This document shows, piece after piece, positions 1-8,501 of a stretch of 64,000 bases of DNA. Origin of the DNA: Candidatus Nomurabacteria bacterium. Its GTDB lineage: Bacteria; Patescibacteriota; Minisyncoccia; Phycocordibacterales; SBAW01. The notes under the pieces were generated by a model that was not told the origin of the DNA, did not search any database, and saw only the letters and a program-made list of their open reading frames with translations. Each line of letters starts with the position of its first letter. The first letter of the stretch is position 1. Location of the stretch: positions 80,528-144,527 of the forward strand of contig CALREW010000001.1 in assembly GCA_943356415.1 (NCBI GenBank), written 5' to 3'. The translations under genes and the position numbers were made by a program.

Positions 1-1056
1 CGTGGGGAAAAAGCCATCGAAATACCGGACGAGCGTCGCGAGCAAGATAAAGGCGCGCTTAAGATCCGTGGCGGGAAGCTTTTCAATATAAAGAATCTCT
101 CCGCCGACATCCCCCTTGGACGTCTGGTGTGTATTACGGGCGTCTCTGGTTCTGGAAAATCTACATTCCTGTATGACATTGTGTATGAAAATTTGAGAGC
201 GCGTTTTGATAAGCGCTATCGCACTGCAAAGACGTATAACGCGGCTTCGTTTGAGGGAACTGAATACCTCTCGCGAGAAGTGCTTATCGACCAAAGTCCG
301 ATAGGACGCACGCCACGTTCAAATCCTGCAACCTACACTGGTGCGTGGACTCATATTCGCGACATGTTCGCGGCAAGCTCCGAGGCACGAGCGCGCGGTT
401 GGAAGGCAAATCGCTTCTCTTTCAACGTAAAAGGTGGGCGCTGTGAAGCCTGTGAAGGAAATGGGCTTATTGCGGTTGAGATGCACTTTTTGCCGACGGT
501 GTATGTCACCTGCGATATTTGCGGTGGAAAGCGCTTTATGAAAGAGACACTCGAAGTTAAGTATAAGAAAAAGAGTATTTACGACATCCTCAAAATGACG
601 ATAGAGGAGGCGCTCGAATTTTTTAAAGATATTCCGGCTATCCACGACCGTTTGCGCACCCTTGATGAGGTGGGTTTGGGTTATCTCGAGCTCGGGCAGA
701 GCGCCACAACGCTTTCAGGAGGCGAGGCACAGCGTGTGAAAATTGCTGCAGAATTGTATCGCCCCCACACGCAAAAGACCGTCTACTTACTCGACGAGCC
801 AACCGTAGGTCTTCATTACGAAGATGTTCGCAAGCTTATTGAAATACTCGAGAAGCTCGTCAAAGCAGGCAATACCGTTATTGTTATCGAGCACAATATG
901 GACGTTATCAAATGCGCTGACTATGTTATCGACTTTGGGCCTGAAGGTGGAGAGGGGGGAGGTAAAATTGTAGCGAAAGGCACGCCGGAGCAGGTGGCCA
1001 ATACTCCTGGTTCACACACGGGTAAATATCTTAAGAAAGCCTTGAAAGGGAGATAG
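1..1056 (+). CDS. uvrA: Excinuclease ABC subunit A (5'-truncated by window edge)
   Basis: Frame open from base 1; second ABC domain GVSGSGKST, Zn-finger CEAC...CDIC, LSGGEAQR signature, LLDEPTVGLH. Confidence 0.97.
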   Translation, partial: RGEKAIEIPDERREQDKGALKIRGGKLFNIKNLSADIPLGRLVCITGVSGSGKSTFLYDIVYENLRARFDKRYRTAKTYNAASFEGTEYLSREVLIDQSPIGRTPRSNPATYTGAWTHIRDMFAASSEARARGWKANRFSFNVKGGRCEACEGNGLIAVEMHFLPTVYVTCDICGGKRFMKETLEVKYKKKSIYDILKMTIEEALEFFKDIPAIHDRLRTLDEVGLGYLELGQSATTLSGGEAQRVKIAAELYRPHTQKTVYLLDEPTVGLHYEDVRKLIEILEKLVKAGNTVIVIEHNMDVIKCADYVIDFGPEGGEGGGKIVAKGTPEQVANTPGSHTGKYLKKALKGR

Positions 1057-1081
1057 GAGATTGGTAAGACTGTATTTACCG

Positions 1082-2329
1082 ATGAACCTGGATCAATTTA
1101 AGAAAAAAAAGCTGCCAGATACGCCCGGGGTGTATTTCTTCCTCGGAAAGCGAAAAAAAATTCTCTATATAGGTAAAGCGACCTCTCTTAAGGATAGAGT
1201 TCGTAGCTACTTTGCATCCGACCTTATTGAAGGACGTGGTCAGCGGATTGTCAGTATGGTTGATGAGGCGAAATATCTTGAGTGGAGAGAGACCGACTCA
1301 GTTCTTGAGGCGCTGATACTTGAAGCCAACTTAATAAAGACGCACAAGCCGCACTATAACGTTCTTGAGAAAGATGGAAAGAGTTTTAACTACGTCGTCA
1401 TTACGAAAGAAGATTTCCCACGCGTACTTTTAGTTCGAGGCAAAGACTTACCGGTGCTGTGGCCGACGAAAATGCGACTAAAAGTCTTTGGTCCTTTTCC
1501 GCATGGTTTACAACTTCAAGAAGCGCTGAAGCTGATACGTCGCATATTTCCGTATCGAGACTCCTCATGCACACCTGCAGATGTACAGATTGCAGATGGA
1601 AAAACTCCCAAGCCCTGTTTCAACGCGCAAATAGGACTCTGCCCAGGAGTATGCTCCGGATTGATAACTACGACTGAGTATCGAAACATCATTCGTCACC
1701 TCATTTTATTCTTCTCGGGAAAGAAGAAGGCGCTTCTCCTTACCCTTGAACGCGAGATGAAGCGCTTTGCAAAAGAGGAGCGTTTTGAAGAAGCTGCCGA
1801 GCGACGTCGACAGATATTTGCACTCACCCATATAAACGATGTGGCACTTATTAAAGAAGAGTACCGTGCTCCACAGGGTTCGACGCCCTTTCGTGTGGAG
1901 GCATACGATGTTGCGCACTTAATGGGTGGCGCAATGGTGGGAGTAATGACGGTGGTAGAAAATGGCGTAAAACTCCCTGCCGAATACCGCAAATTTAATA
2001 TAAAAACCGTCAAAGGTAGCAACGACCCAGCGGCGCTCTCAGAAGTGCTTTCTCGTCGCTTGGGGCACGATGAGTGGCAGATGCCTAAGCTTATCGTGGT
2101 GGATGGCTCAACGGCACAACTCAACGCAGCGGAAAAAGTACTTGAAAGTGCCGGAGTACGCATACCACTTGTTGGAGTGGTGAAAGATGAAAAGCACCGC
2201 CCAAAGCAAATAAAAGGGGATCGAATGCTTATAACCACTCGTGAGAAAGATATATTGCTTGCAAATGCTGAGGCGCATCGCTACGCCATCGCTTTCCATC
2301 GACAAAAGAAGCGTAAAGAGATGTTCTGA
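1082..2329 (+). CDS. uvrC: UvrC-like excinuclease (GIY-YIG + UVR + RNase H-like; no C-terminal HhH seen)
   Basis: PGVYFF/LYIGKATSLKDRVRSYF GIY-YIG, Cys cluster, FEEAAERR UVR, EAYDVAH and VDG motifs; follows uvrA; ATG 1082 preferred to TTG 1061. Confidence 0.9.
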   Translation: MNLDQFKKKKLPDTPGVYFFLGKRKKILYIGKATSLKDRVRSYFASDLIEGRGQRIVSMVDEAKYLEWRETDSVLEALILEANLIKTHKPHYNVLEKDGKSFNYVVITKEDFPRVLLVRGKDLPVLWPTKMRLKVFGPFPHGLQLQEALKLIRRIFPYRDSSCTPADVQIADGKTPKPCFNAQIGLCPGVCSGLITTTEYRNIIRHLILFFSGKKKALLLTLEREMKRFAKEERFEEAAERRRQIFALTHINDVALIKEEYRAPQGSTPFRVEAYDVAHLMGGAMVGVMTVVENGVKLPAEYRKFNIKTVKGSNDPAALSEVLSRRLGHDEWQMPKLIVVDGSTAQLNAAEKVLESAGVRIPLVGVVKDEKHRPKQIKGDRMLITTREKDILLANAEAHRYAIAFHRQKKRKEMF

Positions 2330-2364
2330 AACTCTAGACCGGGCTTCTTGGTATACTTATATAT

Positions 2365-3339
2365 ATGCAGAGGACTGTCGTTGGGGTTTTGCGTGGAGGC
2401 CCATCAAGCGAATATGAGGTCTCCCTTAATTCTGGAGCCACGGTACTAGCTGAGCTCGATCGAAGCCGATTCGAACCCCGAGATATTTTTATCGGACGCG
2501 ATGGAACATGGCATCTTGGTGGCCGTCCGGTTCCTATCAACAAGGCACTTCAAGGTGCCGATGTCGTTTTTAATGCGTTGCATGGTGAATACGGCGAGGA
2601 CGGTACAGTCCAACGTATTCTCGATATCCACGGCATGCCCTACACGGGTTCGGGTTCCTTGGCGTCCGCTATTGCGTTGAGCAAGCACCGCACAAAGGAG
2701 CTACTTGAACCATACGGAATTCGCATGGCTCAAGGTGTATTGGTGTCGCCTGAAGATGATGGGCAGCTCGAAATCGACGTCATGCGCGTGTTCAACGCTT
2801 TTCCAGCGCCGTGGGTGATAAAACCAGCTGCTTCAGGCTCTTCTGTAGGAGTGTCGGTTGTCCGCGATTACACGAAACTTCCAGATGCGATACGAGACGC
2901 TCAACGCATCGGACCGAAAGTCCTTGTCGAAGAATTTGTCCGCGGGAGGGAAGCGACTGTTGGTGTCGCTGATAATTTTCGCGGGGAAGAGACGTATGCA
3001 TTTTTCCCCGTTGAAATAATTCTGCCAGGAAATGCCGCGTGTTGGACCTACGAAGCAAAGTATGACGGTTCGTCGCAAGAAATATGTCCTGGCAACTTCA
3101 CCCACGCGCAAAAGGAAGAGCTCATAACTACTGCAAAAAAGGTTCACAAAGCATTGGGCTTGTCGCACTATTCTCGTTCAGATTTCATAGTCACTCCTCG
3201 AGGGGCGTATTTTCTTGAAGTAAATACGCTCCCTGGCCTTACGTCTGAATCGTTACTTCCAAAAGCAGTAAAAGCTGCGGGAGCCACACTTTCTGAATTC
3301 TTTAGTCACCTTATCGATCTTGCACTTAAGAAAAAGTAA
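2365..3339 (+). CDS. ddl: D-alanine--D-alanine ligase
   Basis: GGPSSEYEVSLNSG, LHGEYGEDG, GSSVGV, LEVNTLPG motifs. Confidence 0.95.
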   Translation: MQRTVVGVLRGGPSSEYEVSLNSGATVLAELDRSRFEPRDIFIGRDGTWHLGGRPVPINKALQGADVVFNALHGEYGEDGTVQRILDIHGMPYTGSGSLASAIALSKHRTKELLEPYGIRMAQGVLVSPEDDGQLEIDVMRVFNAFPAPWVIKPAASGSSVGVSVVRDYTKLPDAIRDAQRIGPKVLVEEFVRGREATVGVADNFRGEETYAFFPVEIILPGNAACWTYEAKYDGSSQEICPGNFTHAQKEELITTAKKVHKALGLSHYSRSDFIVTPRGAYFLEVNTLPGLTSESLLPKAVKAAGATLSEFFSHLIDLALKKK

Positions 3340-3340
3340 T

Positions 3341-3670
3341 ATGGATTTTGCGAAGAAACGCTGTATACCGTGCGAGGGGAATGTGCCGCCGCTTACCTTG
3401 CCTCAGGCAAGAGATTTCATGCAGCACATACCGGGATGGACCTTGTCGGAGAATGGAATGAATATTTACCGGGAGTATTCTTTTAAAAACTTCGACGAGA
3501 CGATGGAGTTTGTAAATATGGTCGCTGAACTTGCGGAGACCGAAGGTCATCACCCAGACATGCAGGTGAGCTATGGAAAAGTACGACTTGAATTAACCAC
3601 GCACGCTATTGGAGGACTTTCAGAAAACGATATTATTTTGGCTGCGAAGATAAATGAGCTCGCGCTGTAG
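3341..3670 (+). CDS. Pterin-4-alpha-carbinolamine dehydratase family protein
   Basis: CIPCEG, EGHHPD, THAIGGLSENDIILAAKI motifs; ATG at 3341. Confidence 0.9.
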   Translation: MDFAKKRCIPCEGNVPPLTLPQARDFMQHIPGWTLSENGMNIYREYSFKNFDETMEFVNMVAELAETEGHHPDMQVSYGKVRLELTTHAIGGLSENDIILAAKINELAL

Positions 3671-3695
3671 AGGTAGGACCGCGCGGATACCCTAC

Positions 3696-4019
3696 CTAGA
3701 AGTCCTCTTTCGTAGAATCGGTAGTTATCATTTCACCCTTTTCTATATCTCGCAGTGCGATGTCGCAATGATGCTCAAAATCTTGAATCGTATTGGGAGT
3801 ACTTGAATGGTTCGTATAGCGGTCCGGTTCGCCGTAGAGATATATACGCCCACTTCGTGTATGTGTAGAATCTCTGTCCTCTGGTGAGAGCGAAGCAAAT
3901 TCCTCGGCAGATATCACTCGGATGTTGTATTGCTTGATAACCTCACCTTTCTTGAATGAGCGACCCGCATACACGCCTTTTCCGTGCAGATTTCCCTTCC
4001 CGATAAAAACATCACTCAT
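3696..4019 (-). CDS. Small SET-domain protein
   Basis: HGKGVYA, RYTNHSxxPN, ALRDIEKGEMITxD SET motifs. Confidence 0.8.
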   Translation of the reverse strand: MSDVFIGKGNLHGKGVYAGRSFKKGEVIKQYNIRVISAEEFASLSPEDRDSTHTRSGRIYLYGEPDRYTNHSSTPNTIQDFEHHCDIALRDIEKGEMITTDSTKEDF

Positions 4020-4092
4020 GGTGGACCCAGGGGGAGTCGAACCCCCGCCTCTGCAATGCGAATGCAGCGTTTTACCACTTAACTATGGGCCC
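4019..4092 (-). tRNA. tRNA-Ala(CGC)
   Basis: GGGCCCA/TGGGTCC stem with G3-U70, anticodon arm ctgca-TT CGC AT-tgcag, GTTCGAC T-loop, encoded CCA. Confidence 0.93.
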
Positions 4093-4108
4093 TCGTGCAA
4101 AATCTGTG

Positions 4109-4179
4109 TCGGGGTGCCGAGAATCGAACTCGGGTTTTACGCACCCGAAGCGTACATAATACCACTATATCACACCCCG
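4109..4179 (-). tRNA. tRNA-Pro(CGG)
   Basis: CGGGGTG/CACCCCG stem, anticodon arm tacgc-TT CGG GT-gcgta, GTTCGAT T-loop; CCA not encoded. Confidence 0.9.
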
Positions 4180-4227
4180 ACACAGATTTCGACGATTGTA
4201 AAGTTACGTCCTCCGCAACAGCGCGGG

Positions 4228-4300
4228 TGGACGGTACAGGACTCGAACCTGTGACCTCTCCCGTGTGAAGGGAATGCTCTACCAACTGAGCTAACCGTCC
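4228..4300 (-). tRNA. tRNA-Val(CAC)
   Basis: GGACGGT/ACCGTCC stem, AGCTCAGTTGGTAGAGC D-arm, anticodon TT CAC AC, GGTTCGAGTCC. Confidence 0.93.
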
Positions 4301-4406
4301 CGGTTTTGAGCTCAAGAATAGTACCTTATTTTAAACGGGTTTTAAATACGGACGACAAAGTTTAATCGGTGTGTTTCAATTGCGAAGGCAGACAGGGAGG
4401 GACCGT

Positions 4407-4529
4407 ATGCGCGATTTCCAATTGCGCTTAGCCGTTTGGTGGCATCAGCAAAAAGGAGGGTTCCTGATCATCGCGGTGATCCTCGCCTTTCTCTCGCTGA
4501 AAGTCATTCTTCCACCGCGAGGCGAATAG
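4407..4529 (+). CDS. 40-aa putative single-TM small protein (not in ORF track)
   Basis: GGGAGGG SD then ATG; MRDFQLRLAVWWHQQKGGFLIIAVILAFLSLKVILPPRGE*; followed by two hairpins. Confidence 0.5.
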   Translation: MRDFQLRLAVWWHQQKGGFLIIAVILAFLSLKVILPPRGE

Positions 4530-4536
4530 CCTCGCG

Positions 4537-4564
4537 ACAAGCCCCGGCGGTTGCCGGGACTTGT
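4537..4564 (+). terminator. Hairpin terminator after small ORF
   Basis: ACAAG.CCCGGC-ggtt-GCCGGG.CTTGT inverted repeat. Confidence 0.5.
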
Positions 4565-4611
4565 CTTGTCTAGACCTCTATCTTTTTACGCGGTATAGTG
4601 CCAACCGTAAC

Positions 4612-4687
4612 GGGCCCTTAGCTTAGTTGGTAGAGCGCCTCATTTGCAATGAGGAGGTCACCGGTTCGAATCCGGTAGGGTCCACCA
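4612..4687 (+). tRNA. tRNA-Ala(TGC); integration target
   Basis: GGGCCCT/AGGGTCC with G3-U70, anticodon cctca-TT TGC AA-tgagg, GGTTCGAATCC, CCA end; TATAGT -10 just upstream. Confidence 0.96.
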
Positions 4688-6190
4688 AATTTGATTTGCA
4701 TCAGAATTGACCGCGCCCGCGCCAGAGGCGCGGGCTTGGGCTGGCATTTCCGCCAAGAAATTCCAAGGGGTTTTGAATTCCGCCAAAAGCATTCCCGCCG
4801 CGAGGCGGCGGTTCGAGCCGATGGAAACAAGAAAATCTTTCATCCCCGAAAGATTTTCTTGTTTCGAGAGATTTTCGGCTTGGTTGGCTTCAATAATCCA
4901 GTTTCGCATGAGTTCGAGCCAATGATTACCTTTTCGCTCAAAATCACTCAATTTCTCCTCCAGTGTCTTTTTTTCCGACATTAAAATATTCTTTTTCTCC
5001 TGATACTCGGTAAGTTCCAATGCCTCGCCTAAATATGCGTCTGTAAGTCGCTCTAGTCGCATTTTAATGGCGGAAATAGTATCGCGGAGATTTTGAGCGA
5101 AAAGGTCAGACGAATGGCGGGATTCCACTTGCTCGCTTTCAAGACGAGCAATATATTTGTCCCGCCATTCGTCCGGCAAAGAAACTTTTTGACAAAGCGT
5201 TTTCACTTGCTCGGCTAGGGCTTCCTCACGCAAAAAGCGATTTTCAGTACACGCAATAGTTTTACTCTTGTGGGTGCAACGATAATATACGAACTTCAAA
5301 CCACTTTTCTTGATGTGTCGCTCGGCGGTTATTGCATATCCACAAACCCCACAAGTAGCAAAACCTAAAAACTGAAAATTCTTTGGTCCTCGCTTTTTGC
5401 GGGGTTTACCATTCGTGATACACGCCTCTTGGATTTGGTCAAAAAGTTTCTTTGAAATCATTGGCTTATGCGATCCGGCATGCACATCGCCACGATACTG
5501 AAAATGTCCGTAGTAAAAAGGATTAGTTAAAATATGCTCCACCGAGGCAAGGGCGAGGGGCTTGCCGGTCTTGCCAACCAAGCCGACAGAAAACATTTTG
5601 CGCTGAATGCCAGTGAGCGTGTATTGTCCTGTAGCAAAAGCCCCTAGACATTCTTTCACTTTCGCAAAGGTCTTTTTGTCCGGCTCAATCGTTCGCAAAC
5701 GAGGTTCGTTGAAATAGCCGAGAGGGGCTTTTGCCGATAATTCGCCACGGCGTATCTTTTGCCGTATACCGCGCAAAATGTTTTCTCGCAAATTATCGGT
5801 GTAATATTTTGCTTGACCGAACGCCACAGACAACATGAATTTACCCTGTGGCGTCGGCTCAAACCAAAATGTAGGGAATTTTAGCGTGGTGATTTTGCCA
5901 GTGTCTACTAAATAAATCACTCTGCCTCCGTCTATCGAGTTGCGCGCCAATCTATCGGGATTCCACGCTAAAATTCCCTGCGCAGTGCCTTTTTCAATTT
6001 CGCCAAGCATTTCTTTAAAAATTTCACGACCAGGTTCTTTTGCAGTTTTACTCTCGTAAAATTCCTTAACAACAAAAAGAGAGTTTTGCTTGGCGAATTC
6101 CCGAAGCTCCGTCAGTTGTGCCTCAATGCTCAAAACTTGGCGTTCTTCATCTTCGCTCGATTTTCTACAGTAGATAAAATATTTCGTCAT
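4658..6190 (-). CDS. Large serine recombinase / integrase (resolvase + recombinase + Zn ribbon + coiled coil)
   Basis: MTKYFIYCRKSSED catalytic Ser, DRLARN, APLGY, CGVCG...YYRC Zn ribbon; C-terminus runs antisense into tRNA-Ala; ATG 6190. Confidence 0.93.
   Translation of the reverse strand: MTKYFIYCRKSSEDEERQVLSIEAQLTELREFAKQNSLFVVKEFYESKTAKEPGREIFKEMLGEIEKGTAQGILAWNPDRLARNSIDGGRVIYLVDTGKITTLKFPTFWFEPTPQGKFMLSVAFGQAKYYTDNLRENILRGIRQKIRRGELSAKAPLGYFNEPRLRTIEPDKKTFAKVKECLGAFATGQYTLTGIQRKMFSVGLVGKTGKPLALASVEHILTNPFYYGHFQYRGDVHAGSHKPMISKKLFDQIQEACITNGKPRKKRGPKNFQFLGFATCGVCGYAITAERHIKKSGLKFVYYRCTHKSKTIACTENRFLREEALAEQVKTLCQKVSLPDEWRDKYIARLESEQVESRHSSDLFAQNLRDTISAIKMRLERLTDAYLGEALELTEYQEKKNILMSEKKTLEEKLSDFERKGNHWLELMRNWIIEANQAENLSKQENLSGMKDFLVSIGSNRRLAAGMLLAEFKTPWNFLAEMPAQARASGAGAVNSDANQIWWTLPDSNR
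4682..4814 (+). repeat. Inverted repeat arm A, copy 1 (133 bp)
   Basis: Reverse complement of 6294-6426, no mismatch seen by eye; ORF track gives identical peptides. Confidence 0.95.
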
Positions 6191-6293
6191 AGCTTCGGGA
6201 ATTAAATTGATAAAGGCACTGCACTTACACCGACAATTTGCAATCTCTCCGCATCGGCTCCTGTGCGAAGCACAGAACAAGCGTTAGCTTGTG

Positions 6294-6678
6294 GAACCGC
6301 CGCCTCGCGGCGGGAATGCTTTTGGCGGAATTCAAAACCCCTTGGAATTTCTTGGCGGAAATGCCAGCCCAAGCCCGCGCCTCTGGCGCGGGCGCGGTCA
6401 ATTCTGATGCAAATCAAATTTGGTGGTGTTTGTTTGAAAAAGTTAGAACTCATTTCGAGCAGAACCCCTGACTTCGCACGCGCGGAGCGCGTGATGGCTT
6501 GAAACTGCCTCGTACGCTCGGATTGCGTGGTGATGCGAACCAATGCGCCTCGGACACGCTCGCGGACTCGCGTGTGCAAAACCCAAAAATTTTCCTTCCT
6601 TAATTTCTGATTTTCGGCGGGGGGTGTGGGGGGAGCCGACAAAAAATGGAAAGGAAATTTTTGGTTTTGCTTCGCCGT
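6294..6678 (-). repeat. Internal inverted attP-like copy (arm B + CCAC + arm A, 385 bp)
   Basis: 6294-6426 = revcomp of 4682-4814; 6423-6678 = revcomp of 9104-9359; the two overlap at CCAC. Confidence 0.95.
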
Positions 6679-6759
6679 ATTGAGAATACTTACAATTATT
6701 GCTATCATAGTATTGTACTCAAAGTATACCACAAATAATGATATCAAAGTATTGAAACT

Positions 6760-6957
6760 ATGGCAACGATTGGCGAAAATATAAAAAGAGTGCGTAACAA
6801 GCTTGGTTTGACCCAAGACGATTTAGTGAGGAAGTCCGGTGTTAAACATACTACTCTTACAAAAATTGAAAGTAATGTGGTGGTCAAACCAAGCGTGCAG
6901 ACCGTCGCCAAAATCGCCAAGTCGTTGGGCGTTCCTATGGAGGAATTAGTAAAATAA
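6760..6957 (+). CDS. XRE-family HTH transcriptional regulator
   Basis: IGENIKRVRNKLGLTQDDL...TLTKIES...PSVQTVAKIAKSLGV HTH_3 pattern. Confidence 0.92.
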   Translation: MATIGENIKRVRNKLGLTQDDLVRKSGVKHTTLTKIESNVVVKPSVQTVAKIAKSLGVPMEELVK

Positions 6958-6961
6958 TTTT

Positions 6962-7477
6962 ATGGCAATAAACACAGCACCACATATTCATAATCTTGTA
7001 ATCTGCGCGAATATTTTTGTCCGCAAAGACGGCAAGTATCTTTTACTAAAACGATCTGCACAAAAAAAGTATGCACCGAATGTAATTCATCCTATCGGCG
7101 GAAAAGTAGACCCTGATGAAAATCCTTATACTGGCGCACAACGCGAGCTTTTAGAAGAAGCCGGAATCAAAGTCAAAAATATGCGTTTAGAAGCTGTCAT
7201 CATGGAAATTAAGCCAGTAAAGGGTGAGGACGAAAATTGGTTGATTTTTCACTTTTCCGCCGATTACGAATCGGGCGAACTTATAACAACCAAAGAGGGA
7301 GAATTTGTTTATTTAAGTGCTGAAGAAATACCAAAGCAAGATTTGTTTCCATCTGTTCGCCCCATTATTCAACACATTCTCAATCCGAAAGATGGAACAG
7401 TATTTTTTACAGTTTCCTATGATGATAATGGAAAAGTTGTTGAGGAAACAAAAAGCGTGAATCTATGCGCTATATAA
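6962..7477 (+). CDS. NUDIX hydrolase
   Basis: Nudix box GGKVDPDENPYTGAQRELLEEAGI. Confidence 0.92.
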   Translation: MAINTAPHIHNLVICANIFVRKDGKYLLLKRSAQKKYAPNVIHPIGGKVDPDENPYTGAQRELLEEAGIKVKNMRLEAVIMEIKPVKGEDENWLIFHFSADYESGELITTKEGEFVYLSAEEIPKQDLFPSVRPIIQHILNPKDGTVFFTVSYDDNGKVVEETKSVNLCAI

Positions 7478-7481
7478 ATTT

Positions 7482-8033
7482 ATGGCAAATATTACTTTTA
7501 TAACAGGTAACCAAAAGAAAGCCGACTATCTAGCCAAGTATCTTGGTTTTCCTGTTGACCATGTAAAACTTGATTTAGACGAAATTCAATCACTTAATCT
7601 AAAAGAAATTGTTGAACATAAAGTCCGACAGGCTTATGAAAAAATAAAGAAGCCTGTCATTGTTGAGGATGTTTCGTTAGAGTTTGCCGCGCTTGGTAGG
7701 TTACCCGGCACTTTTATTAAATTTTTTGTTGACGAAGTACCATTTGAAAATATTTGTTCAATGATTGATGGAAAAACAAGAAAAGCAACCGCCCGATGTG
7801 TGTTTGGGTACTTTGATGGACAAGAATTGAAACTTTTTGAGGGTGGACTTGATGGTGAAATAGCCACAACGCCGTCAGGCGAAAATGGCTATGGCTGGGA
7901 TAAAATTTTTATCCCGCAAGGTTACACCGTAACGCGAGCTTCACTTGAAGAAAAAGACGACCAAAAAACTTATTTACAAATCAAGCCATTTGCAAAATTA
8001 AAAGAGTTTCTTGAATCAAAAATCAACAACTAA
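7482..8033 (+). CDS. Ham1/ITPase-family non-canonical NTP pyrophosphatase (atypical C-terminus)
   Basis: FITGNQKK, DLDEIQ, VEDVS, LPGTFIKFF, GYGWDKIF motifs; no SHR motif. Confidence 0.88.
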   Translation: MANITFITGNQKKADYLAKYLGFPVDHVKLDLDEIQSLNLKEIVEHKVRQAYEKIKKPVIVEDVSLEFAALGRLPGTFIKFFVDEVPFENICSMIDGKTRKATARCVFGYFDGQELKLFEGGLDGEIATTPSGENGYGWDKIFIPQGYTVTRASLEEKDDQKTYLQIKPFAKLKEFLESKINN

Positions 8034-8035
8034 AT

Positions 8036-8482
8036 ATGACAACAATAAATGAGGGTAAAATCAGAATAAAAGCCATGTGTCTTTTTCATAAAGATGGGAA
8101 AGTTTTGGTATCTAAAGGCTTTGATAAAGTAAAAAATGAAAACTTTTATCGCGTTCTTGGTGGTAGCGTAAATTTCTTTGAAACCGGCGAAGCCGGTGTC
8201 CGCAGAGAGATACAAGAGGAATTGCTAAGCGAAGTTGAAAATTTGAAATTGATTGATGTCATTGAGAACTTGTTTACTTATGAGGGAAACAAGGGGCATG
8301 AAATTGTTTTCTTGTATCATGGGGATTTAGCGCGTAAGGAATTATATGCGCAAAATCCTATTCATATCATTGAGGAAGCCTATGAATTTGATGCTGAATG
8401 GATTGCTACAAGTGATATTCTTGCTGGGAAAATTCCTCTCTATCCAGCTCTTGATTACAAAAGTTTATTCAAGAAACTATAA
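8036..8482 (+). CDS. NUDIX hydrolase
   Basis: Nudix box GGSVNFFETGEAGVRREIQEEL; ENLFTYEG..GHEIVF. Confidence 0.88.
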   Translation: MTTINEGKIRIKAMCLFHKDGKVLVSKGFDKVKNENFYRVLGGSVNFFETGEAGVRREIQEELLSEVENLKLIDVIENLFTYEGNKGHEIVFLYHGDLARKELYAQNPIHIIEEAYEFDAEWIATSDILAGKIPLYPALDYKSLFKKL

Positions 8483-8501
8483 TTAACTTTTAACCAAAAT
8501 T

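Noticed and set aside
6191-6280. Longer integrase start at 6280
   Set aside because: It crosses the hairpin insert; the resolvase domain begins at MTKYFIYCRKS (6190).
4682-6426. Diversity-generating retroelement TR/VR pair (repeat at a gene 3' end)
   Set aside because: Copies look identical with no adenine-specific mismatches, and there is no reverse transcriptase in the window.
6202-6816. 204-aa minus-strand ORF and other ORFs at 4691-4984, 4618-4830 and 6263-6502
   Set aside because: They are translations of the inverted repeats or antisense to int/XRE, with no family motifs.
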